Source of the DNA: Patescibacteria group bacterium
Lineage (GTDB): Bacteria > Patescibacteriota > Patescibacteriia > UBA2591 > UBA4787
Assembly: GCA_028715115.1 (NCBI GenBank)
Contig: JAQUSN010000002.1
Location: 210,816-274,815, forward strand
Length of the DNA: 64,000 nucleotides
Reading direction: 5' to 3'
Shown: one piece after another, positions 10,218 through 20,700 of the stretch
How the letters are laid out: each line of letters begins with the position of its first letter
How positions within the stretch are numbered: the first letter of the stretch is position 1
The notes under the pieces: generated by a model
Databases searched by the model: none
The model's input: only the letters and a program-made list of their open reading frames with translations
Told to the model about the DNA's origin: nothing
Translations under genes and position numbers: made by a program

Positions 10218-10595
10218 TTAATCTGCCTTATTCTCTGTTGTTATTAATGCTACTTTTGGGCTTGAACCATACTTATTATCGCCAGGTTGACTATTTTTTA
10301 AAGCAAAGATAGCTAAAATAATAGCTCCGATAAAAGGAATCAAGCCAAGAAGCAGCCACCAACCGCTAAAATTAATATCATGAAGCCTGCGCGCACCCAC
10401 CGCTAAACTCGGCGTTAACACTGCTAAACCATACAAAAGATTAATTATTCTATCTTTATCGCCTATTATAGCTGCGATGATGCCGAGCAAAACACCGATA
10501 ATAAAATTCCACAGAACAAAATTCCAATACTCCTTTCTGCTCGCGCGACCGCTAAAACCCAGATAATTCCTAATGACCATTAGGTAATATTTCAT
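10218..10595 (-). CDS. DUF805 (YhaH-like) membrane protein
   Basis: FSGRASRKEYW, LAVGARRLHD, PGDNKYG. Confidence 0.92.
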   Translation of the reverse strand: MKYYLMVIRNYLGFSGRASRKEYWNFVLWNFIIGVLLGIIAAIIGDKDRIINLLYGLAVLTPSLAVGARRLHDINFSGWWLLLGLIPFIGAIILAIFALKNSQPGDNKYGSSPKVALITTENKAD

Positions 10596-10627
10596 AAATT
10601 TTTATTTTTACAGATTAAGATATTTTA

Positions 10628-12868
10628 TTATTTTCTAAAACCATGAATAATGTTTTGCCAAACGGGAGCTAGTCGAGTATTCACAAAACCCGTAACAGTA
10701 ATATTGCCAATAATTGGTTGTGCTACTGAACCTATGCTGGCGACACCAAATTTACGTAAGAAAGAACTCCAAAGAGAACCAGAGCTGCCGGTCAAACCAG
10801 AAATGGGCAATGGCGTAATTTCTGTTGGCGGGGTTGATGGTAAAGGAACAATCTCCTCTGGTATGGTCGGGGTCGGAGTCGGAACTGGCGCTGGGGTTGG
10901 AATAACTGGCGGAATAATTACGGGTTGAATAATTTCTTCACCTAAAGTAGTAAAACAATATTCTGGGCTAACAGTTATGGGACTGCGAGAAACAACTCTA
11001 TAACAATAAACAGTTGAAGGTAATAAATTATATAATGACACTGAATGGAAAAGAACAGCCGGACTAACATTATATTCAGGGGTGGCGTAGACATACCCAA
11101 GTTTTGGCGGATTATCTGAAACCTGACTTAAATCAAGAAGATGTGGCTCATTCTCTTGAGAATAAATAATATAGCTTGTTGCCAAAAGATTAGTATACCA
11201 AGTAAACGCAGCACTACTTTCTGAACGTGAAACTAGTTTTTCATTATAAATTACTAGTGGCACACCACCACCACCTCCTCCTCCACCTCCTCCGCAAGAT
11301 TGTGTATTACAAACTAGACTTGAATCACCTTCGCAATTTTTTCCGCCATTAGCCGGCGCAGGATTAGTGCAAGTTCTTGTTTTGGTCCCACCACCGCAAC
11401 TTACAGAACAAGCACTCCAATCCGACCAACCGCCATCTATTGGCGTGGGCGGCGGAGCTGCCTGGATATCGTTATTAGTAATGGTACAACTTTTGTTGTC
11501 ACCGATAGCTAAAGTAATAACACCATCAGCATCACAATCTCCGCTAAAAGTTGCCGTATAACCACTCGGGCCTTGTTCAGAAACAAGGTAAGTCCCTACT
11601 GGAAAATTATTTGTTTCACCGCTAACAACCTGAGTTTCGCCAACATAAAGAGAAAAGTCGCTAACTTGAGAGGTACCGCCATCGTCATTAATAACCACCT
11701 TGGTAACCGTAAGCGCAGCGCAGTCTGGCGAATATGGAGTAATTTTTATTGGTTCATCAGTAAACTTAAATGTAAAAACAGATTTATCTACATGTCTCTC
11801 GGCAAAAAATATTTGAATAAGATGAGGGCCAGCGGTTAAATGTACAAATCCGTATTTATGTGTTTCACTATGAACCCCTCCGTTATCTATAGCCAAGACT
11901 CCGTCTATATAAACCCAAGAGTCATCATCAGAACCTAAATCATAATAATAGTCAGCTTCTGTTTCGATAGAGGCTACACCAGCCCAAGTCACTCCTAAAT
12001 GAAAATCATGGCCGTAATAAATTTCTTCTGCTGCCATATCGAAAGGAAAAAAGTTTTTACCAAAATCTACCGAGCTGTCTATTCTTGAAAATCTAAAATA
12101 AGATTGATCATACCAATCAGCAGTCCACGGATCCACATAACTCAACGGATCGCCATGCGTCCGGTCGGGCCATTTAGAAGGAGGCAAATTCATGTCCTTG
12201 TGGTGAATAGAATAATTAAAATACTCGCCATACCAACCGCTACCAACTATATCTGGACAAGTTAATTGTTCTAATTCACACGTAGCAGAACATCCATCTC
12301 CGTTAATATTATTATGGTCATCGCATTCTTCGCCATCATCTTTTACTCCGTCACCACACGTAGACAAAACAGGAGCCAAAGATAATGGAGCTAAAAATAA
12401 ATTTATTGGACTATCGTCATTAGTAATAGTACAAACCTTTGATTCGCCTGCTTTTAATAATATATTGCCATTTGAGTCGCAATCACCGCTAAAAGTTGCC
12501 GTATAACCGCTCGGGCCTTGTTCAGAAACAAGGTAAGTCCCTACTGGAAAATTATTTGTTTCACCGCTAACAACCTGGGTTTCGCCAACATAAAGAGAAA
12601 AGTCATCAACCTGAGAAACGCCGCCATCGTCATTAATAACCACTTTTACGATTTTGATTGAAGCTAATTCATTATCAGAATTATTAGGAGCCGATAAAAT
12701 AACGTCCGTGGATGTAGTAGATGCATTGGAGCTAAAGATATCGGCTAATAATTCTTCGGCTGAAACATAATCAAAAGACATAACCGACGATATCATTATC
12801 ATTAAACTAATCAGAAAAACTTTACCCTTGTGTTTGTGATTAATGAGTTTTAATAGAATGTTTTTCAT
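10628..12868 (-). CDS. Modular surface protein: two Ig/prealbumin-like repeats, Cys-rich repeat, PA14, thrombospondin type 1, FN3-like, Pro-rich linker
   Basis: Duplicated KVVINDDGG...CTITN; [14 protein letters not shown]; [11 protein letters not shown]; [17 protein letters not shown]. Confidence 0.85.
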   Translation of the reverse strand: MKNILLKLINHKHKGKVFLISLMIMISSVMSFDYVSAEELLADIFSSNASTTSTDVILSAPNNSDNELASIKIVKVVINDDGGVSQVDDFSLYVGETQVVSGETNNFPVGTYLVSEQGPSGYTATFSGDCDSNGNILLKAGESKVCTITNDDSPINLFLAPLSLAPVLSTCGDGVKDDGEECDDHNNINGDGCSATCELEQLTCPDIVGSGWYGEYFNYSIHHKDMNLPPSKWPDRTHGDPLSYVDPWTADWYDQSYFRFSRIDSSVDFGKNFFPFDMAAEEIYYGHDFHLGVTWAGVASIETEADYYYDLGSDDDSWVYIDGVLAIDNGGVHSETHKYGFVHLTAGPHLIQIFFAERHVDKSVFTFKFTDEPIKITPYSPDCAALTVTKVVINDDGGTSQVSDFSLYVGETQVVSGETNNFPVGTYLVSEQGPSGYTATFSGDCDADGVITLAIGDNKSCTITNNDIQAAPPPTPIDGGWSDWSACSVSCGGGTKTRTCTNPAPANGGKNCEGDSSLVCNTQSCGGGGGGGGGGVPLVIYNEKLVSRSESSAAFTWYTNLLATSYIIYSQENEPHLLDLSQVSDNPPKLGYVYATPEYNVSPAVLFHSVSLYNLLPSTVYCYRVVSRSPITVSPEYCFTTLGEEIIQPVIIPPVIPTPAPVPTPTPTIPEEIVPLPSTPPTEITPLPISGLTGSSGSLWSSFLRKFGVASIGSVAQPIIGNITVTGFVNTRLAPVWQNIIHGFRK
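11541..12604. repeat. Intragenic near-identical duplication (11541-11659 and 12486-12604)
   Basis: 119-bp segments nearly identical. Confidence 0.9.
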
Positions 12869-13284
12869 AAAAACGTTTTTATTTTACTTGTTTAGATATT
12901 AAGATTAAATGCTTAAATTATTTTTTGTATAAATAAAAGATGACCCTAAATAATAAAAGGCTCATTTATTTCTCGGTTCCAAATTATAGTGCAACACCGT
13001 CCAGCCTCCGTTTCGATTATAAAAAACCAGGACAAGCGCTGCCTTTTTGTCTACATTTTGTCAGCATTCAAAGCGCTATCTACTGTCATATTTTAAATAT
13101 TATTAAAATATGATTAACAGAGTATAAAACGCTTCTATTGCTTATAATACAAGAGGACGCTTTAGAGGTCCTCCTGTATATTAAATATATAATTATATCA
13201 TTAATTGTCAAGGCAGGTTTATCCACAAACACAAATATATGCATTAAAATAAGAGCATTTGCGCATCTATTCAATAATTTACTC

Positions 13285-13578
13285 TTGACAAAATTATAAA
13301 ATATGCTAATCTATATTCATTGATCGAGGGTCTAAAAAGGAGCTACATGAAGAAGCTGAAGCCCGATCTTACGTTGATGCACACCCTGTACTGCGCGAGC
13401 GGCGACTGATCGCGGACCCGGGCCGGCCCGAACCGGTCGATCCATGGAGGAATAATGAGCGGATTCGTCTAAGAACCAGCCAGGTGCGGGTAAAACCCGC
13501 ACTAGTCCCACAATTAGGGGATGGTTCGAACCGGCGAATACATCCCTGAAGGAGCGTCCTGTGGCGCTCCTTTTCTTT
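13285..13578 (+). other. Autonomous mini transcription unit containing only micro-ORFs
   Basis: TTGACA promoter; AAGGAG plus 20-aa ORF at 13347-13409; GGAGG plus MSGFV*; hairpin GTGCGGGT/ACCCGCAC; terminator AAGGAGCG/CGCTCCTT. Confidence 0.5.
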
Positions 13579-13678
13579 TATATTATAGCGTGGCTTGACA
13601 AAAAACGAAAAAATAAATAATATAAATATGGAGAGTTTATTCTCTTTTTCGCAAAGCACGCAAAACACTGGAGGAACC

Positions 13679-14116
13679 ATGGCAGAAGCAACGATGAGGG
13701 TCAACCGCCCATCGCGGTATCAAGACATCGCCGGGATAGCAATCACTATCCTGATTATGATCTTGGTGGCCTCTCCCGGTCTATACCCGATGATCAAGGG
13801 AGGACTGGTGATGAGCGCCAAGACCTCGGGATGGTTGACTACCACAATTCTTGTCGCGTCCGTGATCGTAGGTGTGATAGCGATGTTTGTCCTGGCCGAA
13901 TGGGATGCCCGTTCCAACAGATTCCCTTTCGCCGCCTGGAAGGTCATCCTCTGTACCTACCTCCTCAACTTCATCGTCTCGCTCACTCTCACCTTTGCCG
14001 CCGCAAGATCACCGGCTCACATCGTCTGCGCAATCGTCGGTGGTCTCTACGTCGGCGTCGTCGCCTTCGTAATGCTGTGTCTGTGGGCTATAGGCAGCAC
14101 CGAGGCGGAGCTCTAG
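13679..14116 (+). CDS. Hypothetical multi-pass membrane protein
   Basis: Four hydrophobic segments; TTGACA at 13595 and GGAGG at 13670. Confidence 0.75.
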   Translation: MAEATMRVNRPSRYQDIAGIAITILIMILVASPGLYPMIKGGLVMSAKTSGWLTTTILVASVIVGVIAMFVLAEWDARSNRFPFAAWKVILCTYLLNFIVSLTLTFAAARSPAHIVCAIVGGLYVGVVAFVMLCLWAIGSTEAEL

Positions 14117-14245
14117 TACGCCCTCGGAGAACAAAATAAGTAGGGCTCGCAGAAAGCAAAACCAAATGGGTTTCGCCTACTCGCGAGCCCATTTGATTAT
14201 TATAAAAAGACGAGATTACTCTCGCTTTCTTTTTTTTTGTTTTTT

Positions 14246-14275
14246 TGGGGGGCCCGCCTGTTGACGGACGCAACT
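14246..14275 (+). repeat. att-like cassette repeat (most degenerate, distal copy)
   Basis: TGGGGGGC-CCGCCTGTTGACGG-ACGCAACT. Confidence 0.5.
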
Positions 14276-14313
14276 AAACTATTACCAAAATAAACATTAA
14301 TAATTATTTAAAG

Positions 14314-16128
14314 TTATGATTTTATTCCTTTTTGCCTTCTTAGTTCTTCTGTTTCGTCTAAAATTATTTTTCTGATACGTATGTTCTTTGGCGTTACTTC
14401 TACTAATTCATCATCACCAATATACTCCAGGGCATCTTCAAGGTCCATTATTTGCGGAGCGTTAAAATGTTCAGCCGTGCCTTCGCCTCGGGAACGCATA
14501 TTACTAAGCCTCTTCTCTTTACAAACATTAACTCTCATATCTTGAGTGCGACTATTTTGGCCAACCACTTCTCCTTTATAAACCTTTTCACCTGGGCCAT
14601 AAAATAAAATACCGCGACCCTGAGCAATTAATAAACCATACAAACAAGTAATTCCCGATTCATGAGCAACTAATGAACCATGATTTCGTTCAATCTTCTT
14701 GTCAGTCTTTGGCCGATAACCATCAAAAAGAGTGTTCATAATGCCCAGGCCTCGAGTATCTGTTAAAAACCCGCTTCTGAATCCAAAGAGTCCGGCGGTA
14801 GGAACGGTAAACTCAAGATTGGTAATACCGTCTTCTGTTTTCATTTTTAAAAGTTGGCCCTGAACATTGCCAAGTTTTTGAATAATAATACCGGCATATT
14901 GTTCCGGCACATCGATAAAAATCAATTCCCATGGTTCCATCTTCTGACCATTAATTTCTTTTTCAATCACCTGGGGACGCGAAACCTGAAATTCATATCC
15001 TTCACGTCTCATTCTTTCAATTAAAATAGCCAAATGTAATTCTCCTCGTCCAGACACAATCCATTCGCCGGTTTGACTATCTTCAACTCTCAAGGCCATA
15101 TCTGTTTCAAGCTCTTTGTAAAGACGTTCTCTGATTTGACGAGAGGTGCTAAATTGCCCTTCTTTGCCGGCAAAAGGAGAAGAATTAATAGAAAAAATCA
15201 TTTTAACCGTAGGTTCGTCAATTTTTAAAACCGGTAAGGCGGTCGGATTATTAACGTCACTAATTGTTTCACCAATATTGATATCTGAAATCCCGGCTAT
15301 AGCAACAAGATCTCCGGCCTCGACTTTATCAACCTCTACTCTCTCTAGTCCCGAGAAATTCATTAAGCTGGTAAGACGGCAATTTTTAATTTCACCCGTG
15401 CGATTAATGTGGGACACTTCTTGGCCGGCCCTTAAAGTGCCGTTTTGCAACCGACCAATGGCAATACGGCCCTTAAAATTATCATAAGTAGTGGTTGTTA
15501 CTAACATTTGCAGGGTCGCTTGCGAATCAGATTTTGGCGCCGGAATATATTTTTCAATAGCTTCAAAAATGGGAATAATATCTGTCATTTTATCCAAATT
15601 TGCTTGCGTTCCTGCTTTACCTAATTTTGAAGAAGCATAAACTACCGGGAATTCAGCGGTTTCATCGTCAGCCCCAAGTTCTAAAAATAAATCAAAGGTT
15701 TTATCTAAAACAAAATTTGGCCGAGCATCTGGTTTGTCGATTTTATTAATGACCACAATTATTTTATGTTTTGTCTCCAGTGCCTTTTTTAAAACAAATC
15801 TTGTCTGTGGCATCGGACCTTCCTTAGCGTCAACTAGCAAAAGGCATCCATCGGCCATTTTTAAAACACGCTCAACTTCTCCCCCGAAGTCAGCATGACC
15901 GGGAGTGTCGATAATCTTTATCTTCAGATCATGCCACTCTACTGAAGCATTTTTGGAAAAAATAGTAATCCCTCTTTCTCTTTCTAATTCATTACTATCC
16001 ATAATACAAATATTTTGCGCGACTTCTTTTTTTAAGTGAGTTTGCGATTGTCTAAGTAAAGCATCCACGAGCGTTGTTTTGCCGTGGTCTACGTGAGCAA
16101 TGATAGCGACGTTTCTAATTTGTTTCAT
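14314..16128 (-). CDS. typA: Translational GTPase TypA/BipA
   Basis: AHVDHGKTT, DTPGHADF, NKID, GRGELHL, ELVEVTP. Confidence 0.97.
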   Translation of the reverse strand: MKQIRNVAIIAHVDHGKTTLVDALLRQSQTHLKKEVAQNICIMDSNELERERGITIFSKNASVEWHDLKIKIIDTPGHADFGGEVERVLKMADGCLLLVDAKEGPMPQTRFVLKKALETKHKIIVVINKIDKPDARPNFVLDKTFDLFLELGADDETAEFPVVYASSKLGKAGTQANLDKMTDIIPIFEAIEKYIPAPKSDSQATLQMLVTTTTYDNFKGRIAIGRLQNGTLRAGQEVSHINRTGEIKNCRLTSLMNFSGLERVEVDKVEAGDLVAIAGISDINIGETISDVNNPTALPVLKIDEPTVKMIFSINSSPFAGKEGQFSTSRQIRERLYKELETDMALRVEDSQTGEWIVSGRGELHLAILIERMRREGYEFQVSRPQVIEKEINGQKMEPWELIFIDVPEQYAGIIIQKLGNVQGQLLKMKTEDGITNLEFTVPTAGLFGFRSGFLTDTRGLGIMNTLFDGYRPKTDKKIERNHGSLVAHESGITCLYGLLIAQGRGILFYGPGEKVYKGEVVGQNSRTQDMRVNVCKEKRLSNMRSRGEGTAEHFNAPQIMDLEDALEYIGDDELVEVTPKNIRIRKIILDETEELRRQKGIKS

Positions 16129-16311
16129 ATTTTATTTCGCAGCTATAAAATAAAAATCTTCCTGTCCATCAAGAAGATTATTATTCTTCCAGAAATAGCC
16201 TTAATTATTTTAGCTTTTATTATTCTAACAAAAATAGTAAAAATTGTCAACCGTCATCTTGACAAAAGCGCAAAATGTGATAAAATGTAAATATTGAACT
16301 CAGGAGGCTTT

Positions 16312-16497
16312 ATGACAAAGATCAGGACTGCAAACTGGATGCTCTGGATAGGATGTACGGCCCTTGTTGTAGGGGTCATCCTCTGCTTCTACACACACCT
16401 AAGCTGGTGGAAGGTGACGATGACTGGGATTGGGGCTGCGTCTTTACTGACGTCCATCTCCCTCGACCCCAGGGTAGCCTTCCCTTTCTTGGGATAG
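16312..16497 (+). CDS. Small two-TM membrane protein
   Basis: TTGACA at 16259, TAAAAT, AGGAGG SD; hydrophobic sequence. Confidence 0.65.
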   Translation: MTKIRTANWMLWIGCTALVVGVILCFYTHLSWWKVTMTGIGAASLLTSISLDPRVAFPFLG

Positions 16498-16589
16498 GCT
16501 CACCAAGAGTCTCCAGCAAATGGGACTCGACGTGAGCCTTTTGCTTTTACAAAAAAAGACGAGATTACTCTCGCCTCTTTTTATCTTGA

Positions 16590-16654
16590 GGAGGCGGCTC
16601 CACTAGTTGACGGATGCAGGGACGCCCGTTTATCGCCGCAGACAGATTATAACC
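16590..16654 (+). repeat. att-like cassette repeat with two insertions
   Basis: GGAGGCGGCT[CCACTAGTTGACGG]ATGCAGGGACG[...]TTATAACC. Confidence 0.7.
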
Positions 16655-16666
16655 GGGATTATAATA

Positions 16667-17110
16667 TTATTTCTCTAACATTTCTTTTAATTTGTCTATA
16701 ACGGCATGTTTCCAAAAACGCATTGCATACCAACCAATTAATGGTTTAGCGAAAATGCGGAGAATAAAACTTTTTAACTCAATATTATAGGTATAATTAA
16801 TTTTCGTCCCCCCTGTAATTTCTTCCATTAAAAATTCTTCATGACCAGAAGTGCCAATGCCACTTTTATTGTCCGAAACATATCCAAGGGGCGGATGCAG
16901 TTGGGTGTCCATCTGTGCTGAAATAGTTCGGCCAAATGTTTTAGCTTTAATCTCCATAATGAGATGATTACCCTCTCGCTTAATAACGCGAATGGATTCG
17001 GCTACCGCTGGAAAATATTTGGGCATATTTTCAAAGTCGCTCATTATTCTATAAATTTCTTCTCGAGAAGCTTTTATAATCCAAGAGGCTTTTAAAATAA
17101 TTGTTTTCAT
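16667..17110 (-). CDS. SRPBCC/START family protein
   Basis: IIKASREEIYRIMSDFENMPKYFP...GGTKINY. Confidence 0.8.
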   Translation of the reverse strand: MKTIILKASWIIKASREEIYRIMSDFENMPKYFPAVAESIRVIKREGNHLIMEIKAKTFGRTISAQMDTQLHPPLGYVSDNKSGIGTSGHEEFLMEEITGGTKINYTYNIELKSFILRIFAKPLIGWYAMRFWKHAVIDKLKEMLEK

Positions 17111-17159
17111 ATAATTATTATATTATAAAAAGAGTCCTTTATCAAGGCTCTTTTTATGT

Positions 17160-17189
17160 TGAAGTCACCCATCAGATAATTTATAATCC
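17160..17189 (+). repeat. Probable degenerate att-like repeat
   Basis: TGAAGTCACCCATC...TTATAATCC. Preceded by an AAAAGA..AAGGCTCTT arm also found before the 29427 copy; the adjacent gene stops inside it. Confidence 0.45.
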
Positions 17190-17678
17190 TTGCTTAGTTC
17201 CCTTGGCCCTCTTAATCAGCTGTTCCCTTAATTCTTCAGCAACTTGAATCTTAAGACCAAAAAATCTACCTTCGCTCATGTTTCTGTTATTACCATAAGT
17301 AGAATAGCCGGCTGTTTGAACCTGTAAATCGCTTAGCCCTAACATTCTGCCAAGCAAACCCCGATAAATATCAATATTTTGTATTCTTTCATAGGGAATC
17401 GAAGTATATTTTTTCCAAATAACCCCTTTTTCAACTTTAATAGCGTCATCAGTAAGTTCATAGCGCCAAGAACGATAAAACAATTTCGACCATACAAAAC
17501 ACCAAATAAGACCAACAACAATAACAGCCACTGCCCAAAAAACAAAAGAAGCCAATGAAGTCCATTCCGTTATAATTAGTTTAAGTAAGGCAATGCACAA
17601 TATTACTAACAGAATAAGAAACCGAGAAATGCCCCTGAAGAAAAATAACCAAACCGCCTTAGGGTCTAATTGTTGCAT
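17181..17678 (-). CDS. Bacterial PH domain (bPH_2, YdbS-like) membrane protein
   Basis: WRYEL...KGVI...IPYERIQNI...GLSDLQVQTAG. Confidence 0.88.
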   Translation of the reverse strand: MQQLDPKAVWLFFFRGISRFLILLVILCIALLKLIITEWTSLASFVFWAVAVIVVGLIWCFVWSKLFYRSWRYELTDDAIKVEKGVIWKKYTSIPYERIQNIDIYRGLLGRMLGLSDLQVQTAGYSTYGNNRNMSEGRFFGLKIQVAEELREQLIKRAKGTKQGL

Positions 17679-17747
17679 AATGATAAATAAAATTTATTAT
17701 TAATAAAACCTTAATTCCCAATATACAATAAAATAGTAATAAGTCAA

Positions 17748-17794
17748 GGTGCGGATGCAAGGACGCCTGCCCACTAGCAGGCAGATTAGAACCT
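17748..17794 (+). repeat. att-like cassette repeat with palindromic insertion
   Basis: GGTGCGGATGCAAGGACG[CCTGCCCACTAGCAGGCAGA]TTAGAACCT. Confidence 0.75.
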
Positions 17795-17868
17795 AAGAAT
17801 TGACAAGCTGGAATATAGACTTACTTTTTTAATGATATTTTTATCTGAAATGAGCCACAGACGTTTGT

Positions 17869-18411
17869 CTATGGCTCATCTTCTGTTTCCTCTGTGTGGT
17901 CCACTATTGGGAAAACGCTCAGGATCATCACGCTTAGGACTTTTCTCGGCAACATTAGCGTCACCATCTCGCCCATTGTTTTGCCTAACAGTTGTTGAGC
18001 CAACGGAGAATCAACCGAGGCAAAACAAATCTCTCTTCCTTTAGATTCCCGATAGCGTGGGTTAAAAACCAGATCGGCGGCTCCTACGATCCCGTAAACA
18101 TCCATCTCTTGAGTGTCGATGTCCAGCGTTTTGGCGCACATTCCTGGCCTGACTGTTGGAAGAACTCCGCTTTCGGGCGGCAGGTCTTCGATGAACTTAG
18201 GATCGTGCAGAAATTGCCGAACCGTTGCCAGGTTCTGCATCCGGCTCTTTTGCTGCCGCAGCAGGTTCAACCAATCAGGATTGTCGTGCCAACCACCACC
18301 AGTCTCGTACGATCTCCCAACCTGTCCCGATACTCGCTCTAACTCCTTCATTAGACTTGCGTGTTCTTTTTGAAGGAGCATAAGCGTTTCTCGAAACATT
18401 ATGTTTTCCAT
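17869..18411 (-). CDS. Divergent GreA/GreB family protein
   Basis: N-terminal coiled coil with WHDN tip; C-terminal YGIVG...SVDSPLAQQLLGKTMGE; AGGAGG SD and own promoter. Confidence 0.8.
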   Translation of the reverse strand: MENIMFRETLMLLQKEHASLMKELERVSGQVGRSYETGGGWHDNPDWLNLLRQQKSRMQNLATVRQFLHDPKFIEDLPPESGVLPTVRPGMCAKTLDIDTQEMDVYGIVGAADLVFNPRYRESKGREICFASVDSPLAQQLLGKTMGEMVTLMLPRKVLSVMILSVFPIVDHTEETEDEP

Positions 18412-18592
18412 TAGACCTCCTTTCTAGACTATAGTAGCTCTCTCTAACACTATTAATATATCATTTTTTTACTTTTTGTCAAGTAAACAATTTTTAAAGG
18501 AATTAATCCTCTGTTTGGGCTTTTATTTTTTTTAAAAAAAATATCGTCGCGACATAAACGACAGTTAAACTTCACTCTATTATTTTAAATAA

Positions 18593-19051
18593 TCAAATAA
18601 CGATCAAATCTTCATTTTTAATTATTTTTTTTAATTCTAATAATTTATTAACAACATCAGGAATGGTGGAAATTTTTGGCTCGAATTGAGTCAATTTATT
18701 AATCGCTACCCATTGATATTCACTATATTCATCGCTTAATATAATTTCTCCTTCAATATGGCGGGCATAAAAATGTGGCAAAATCATAGAATCACCGCTT
18801 TTCTTTAAGTAAATATGATTAATCGTGAAAATGGGATAAATTTCTATTTTAAATCCTCCTCCGACCTCTTCGTTTTTTTCCCTTTGCAAACCGGCGATAA
18901 AAGATTTATCTGGAGTTTCCATTTTACCGCCTATAAAAGAGTATACCCCATCATAATCATTCTCTCCCTTTCTCTTGCATAGTAAAACACTTGTCATATC
19001 CTTGGAGAAGACTACTGTTTTCTGGCAATATTGAAAATTATATTTTTCCAT
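18593..19051 (-). CDS. NUDIX hydrolase
   Basis: GGKME...GLQREKNEEVG. Confidence 0.85.
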   Translation of the reverse strand: MEKYNFQYCQKTVVFSKDMTSVLLCKRKGENDYDGVYSFIGGKMETPDKSFIAGLQREKNEEVGGGFKIEIYPIFTINHIYLKKSGDSMILPHFYARHIEGEIILSDEYSEYQWVAINKLTQFEPKISTIPDVVNKLLELKKIIKNEDLIVI

Positions 19052-19065
19052 GAACTAAGGCTTAA

Positions 19066-20652
19066 TTATTGAATTTTTATTGGTTGCCCGTTTCGAGACT
19101 TATCTCTATAGATCGTAATACCTTTTAAATTTAAATCAATGGCCATTAATAAAATATTTTTTATTTCATCTACCGTGGTATCTTCGGAAACATTCACGGT
19201 TTTAGAAATTGATTCATCTACAAATTCCTGTATGGCTGATATTATTAACAACTGATCCTTCGGTGAGATCCTTAACATGTCACGAAAGAATGGTTCTATG
19301 GATTGAGAAGCCTTGATAATAAGGCACGACCGGCCGGTAGGAGGCAAAGAAACAGTGGCGCAATTTCTAATCCCGTGCTCCCTAATCTCTGCATCAAGAG
19401 CCAACCAACTGTCTCTAGAAACAGTTTCGGTTTCTTGACGAGAATATCTTCTAATAATACTATCATCTCCGACATACCTGGATTTTTCAAAATCACCAAA
19501 AGCCCCGCGCTCTAAAGCTAATTCTGATGATGTTTTTTTTGAAATATAATTTATAAAACTAAAAATATTTCTAGCCAACTCTATAGCCTCAGGACTAGCA
19601 TAATCAATTTTTAACTTGGCTAATAAATCTGCAAAGCCGCAAACCCCGAGGCCAATTTTCCTTTTTTTCTTTGCTATGTCCCTACTTGCATCACTTTCAT
19701 ATCGTGAAATATTATATTCAACAGTATCGTCAAGGAATCTCACCACCAATTCAATCGCTTGTTTTAGTCCATCATAATCAATTGAACCATCATTAACAAA
19801 TTGACCAAGATTAATATAGGAAAACTGGCATGTTTCTCCTTCGGCCAAGCCTACTTCTCCGCATGGTGCTAGTGATTTATATGCTCCGGCACTTGGCACC
19901 TGATTATCCCTATTCAATCGATCAACAAAAGACAATCCTGGCTCACCGCTAGTATATATAGATCTTGCCATCTGATCTATTATCTCCGTTGAAGAAACGG
20001 TGCGGCCATCCTTTGAAATAATTGGTTCGCCGTTTTTAATTTTATGAGCGCTGTCCTCGTCAACATTCACTGAAAAATTAAATATCCAAGGACGATTTTT
20101 ATGAGCATTCTTAATCTGAATAAAATCGGTTATTCTTGGATGAGTAATAGCTAAGGACCCCATATTCCCAACTGGTCTAAGCTGCTTATCACTTGCCTGT
20201 CCTTCGATTGCTATATTATTTAAATATTCAATAATTGGAGTTGGATCCTCAATATCATCAAAATTAAAACCCGTACCCATTCCACTATTATGTAAATTGT
20301 CTACAACCCTTTTAACCCTAGATAAATCGCCCCCAAGGTCAACTGACGGAACAATGCAAGCCGATAACGGCTCGTTTTTCATTCTTCCAGCATTCATTAA
20401 AATAGGCGTGCTGGGAATAAATTTTTTGTCTTTTAAAAGCTGAAAGATTTGGGCCTTAAACCGATCGACGCGCTCCTGATCCGAATAAATCGTTTCGACT
20501 TCTGCCACGGCATCTACCACTCGCTGGAAAATTCTCAAAATATTTTCGCCTTTTTCGGCAATACCGAATTTATACAAAGCCTCTTCGCTAATAAATCCTT
20601 CTGTTTCTTCTGAATGTTTTGGATTACTTGCTTCAAAGTGTTCTAGTGTCAT
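19066..20652 (-). CDS. nrdJ: Compact class II (B12-type) ribonucleotide reductase-like protein
   Basis: FIPSTP, LSAC, GEPG, APCGE, RKIGLGVCG, PPTG, SISKTVN, KGITIYRD. ATG at 20652 preferred because the longer start lies inside a repeat. Confidence 0.8.
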   Translation of the reverse strand: MTLEHFEASNPKHSEETEGFISEEALYKFGIAEKGENILRIFQRVVDAVAEVETIYSDQERVDRFKAQIFQLLKDKKFIPSTPILMNAGRMKNEPLSACIVPSVDLGGDLSRVKRVVDNLHNSGMGTGFNFDDIEDPTPIIEYLNNIAIEGQASDKQLRPVGNMGSLAITHPRITDFIQIKNAHKNRPWIFNFSVNVDEDSAHKIKNGEPIISKDGRTVSSTEIIDQMARSIYTSGEPGLSFVDRLNRDNQVPSAGAYKSLAPCGEVGLAEGETCQFSYINLGQFVNDGSIDYDGLKQAIELVVRFLDDTVEYNISRYESDASRDIAKKKRKIGLGVCGFADLLAKLKIDYASPEAIELARNIFSFINYISKKTSSELALERGAFGDFEKSRYVGDDSIIRRYSRQETETVSRDSWLALDAEIREHGIRNCATVSLPPTGRSCLIIKASQSIEPFFRDMLRISPKDQLLIISAIQEFVDESISKTVNVSEDTTVDEIKNILLMAIDLNLKGITIYRDKSRNGQPIKIQ

Positions 20653-20700
20653 TTGGTTAATGAAATTATTATAAAATAAAGTATTTAATTTTTTATATTT

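Noticed and set aside
12960-13090. Riboswitch upstream of the surface protein
   Set aside because: Mildly GC-rich with AGCGCT pairs, but no recognisable aptamer consensus
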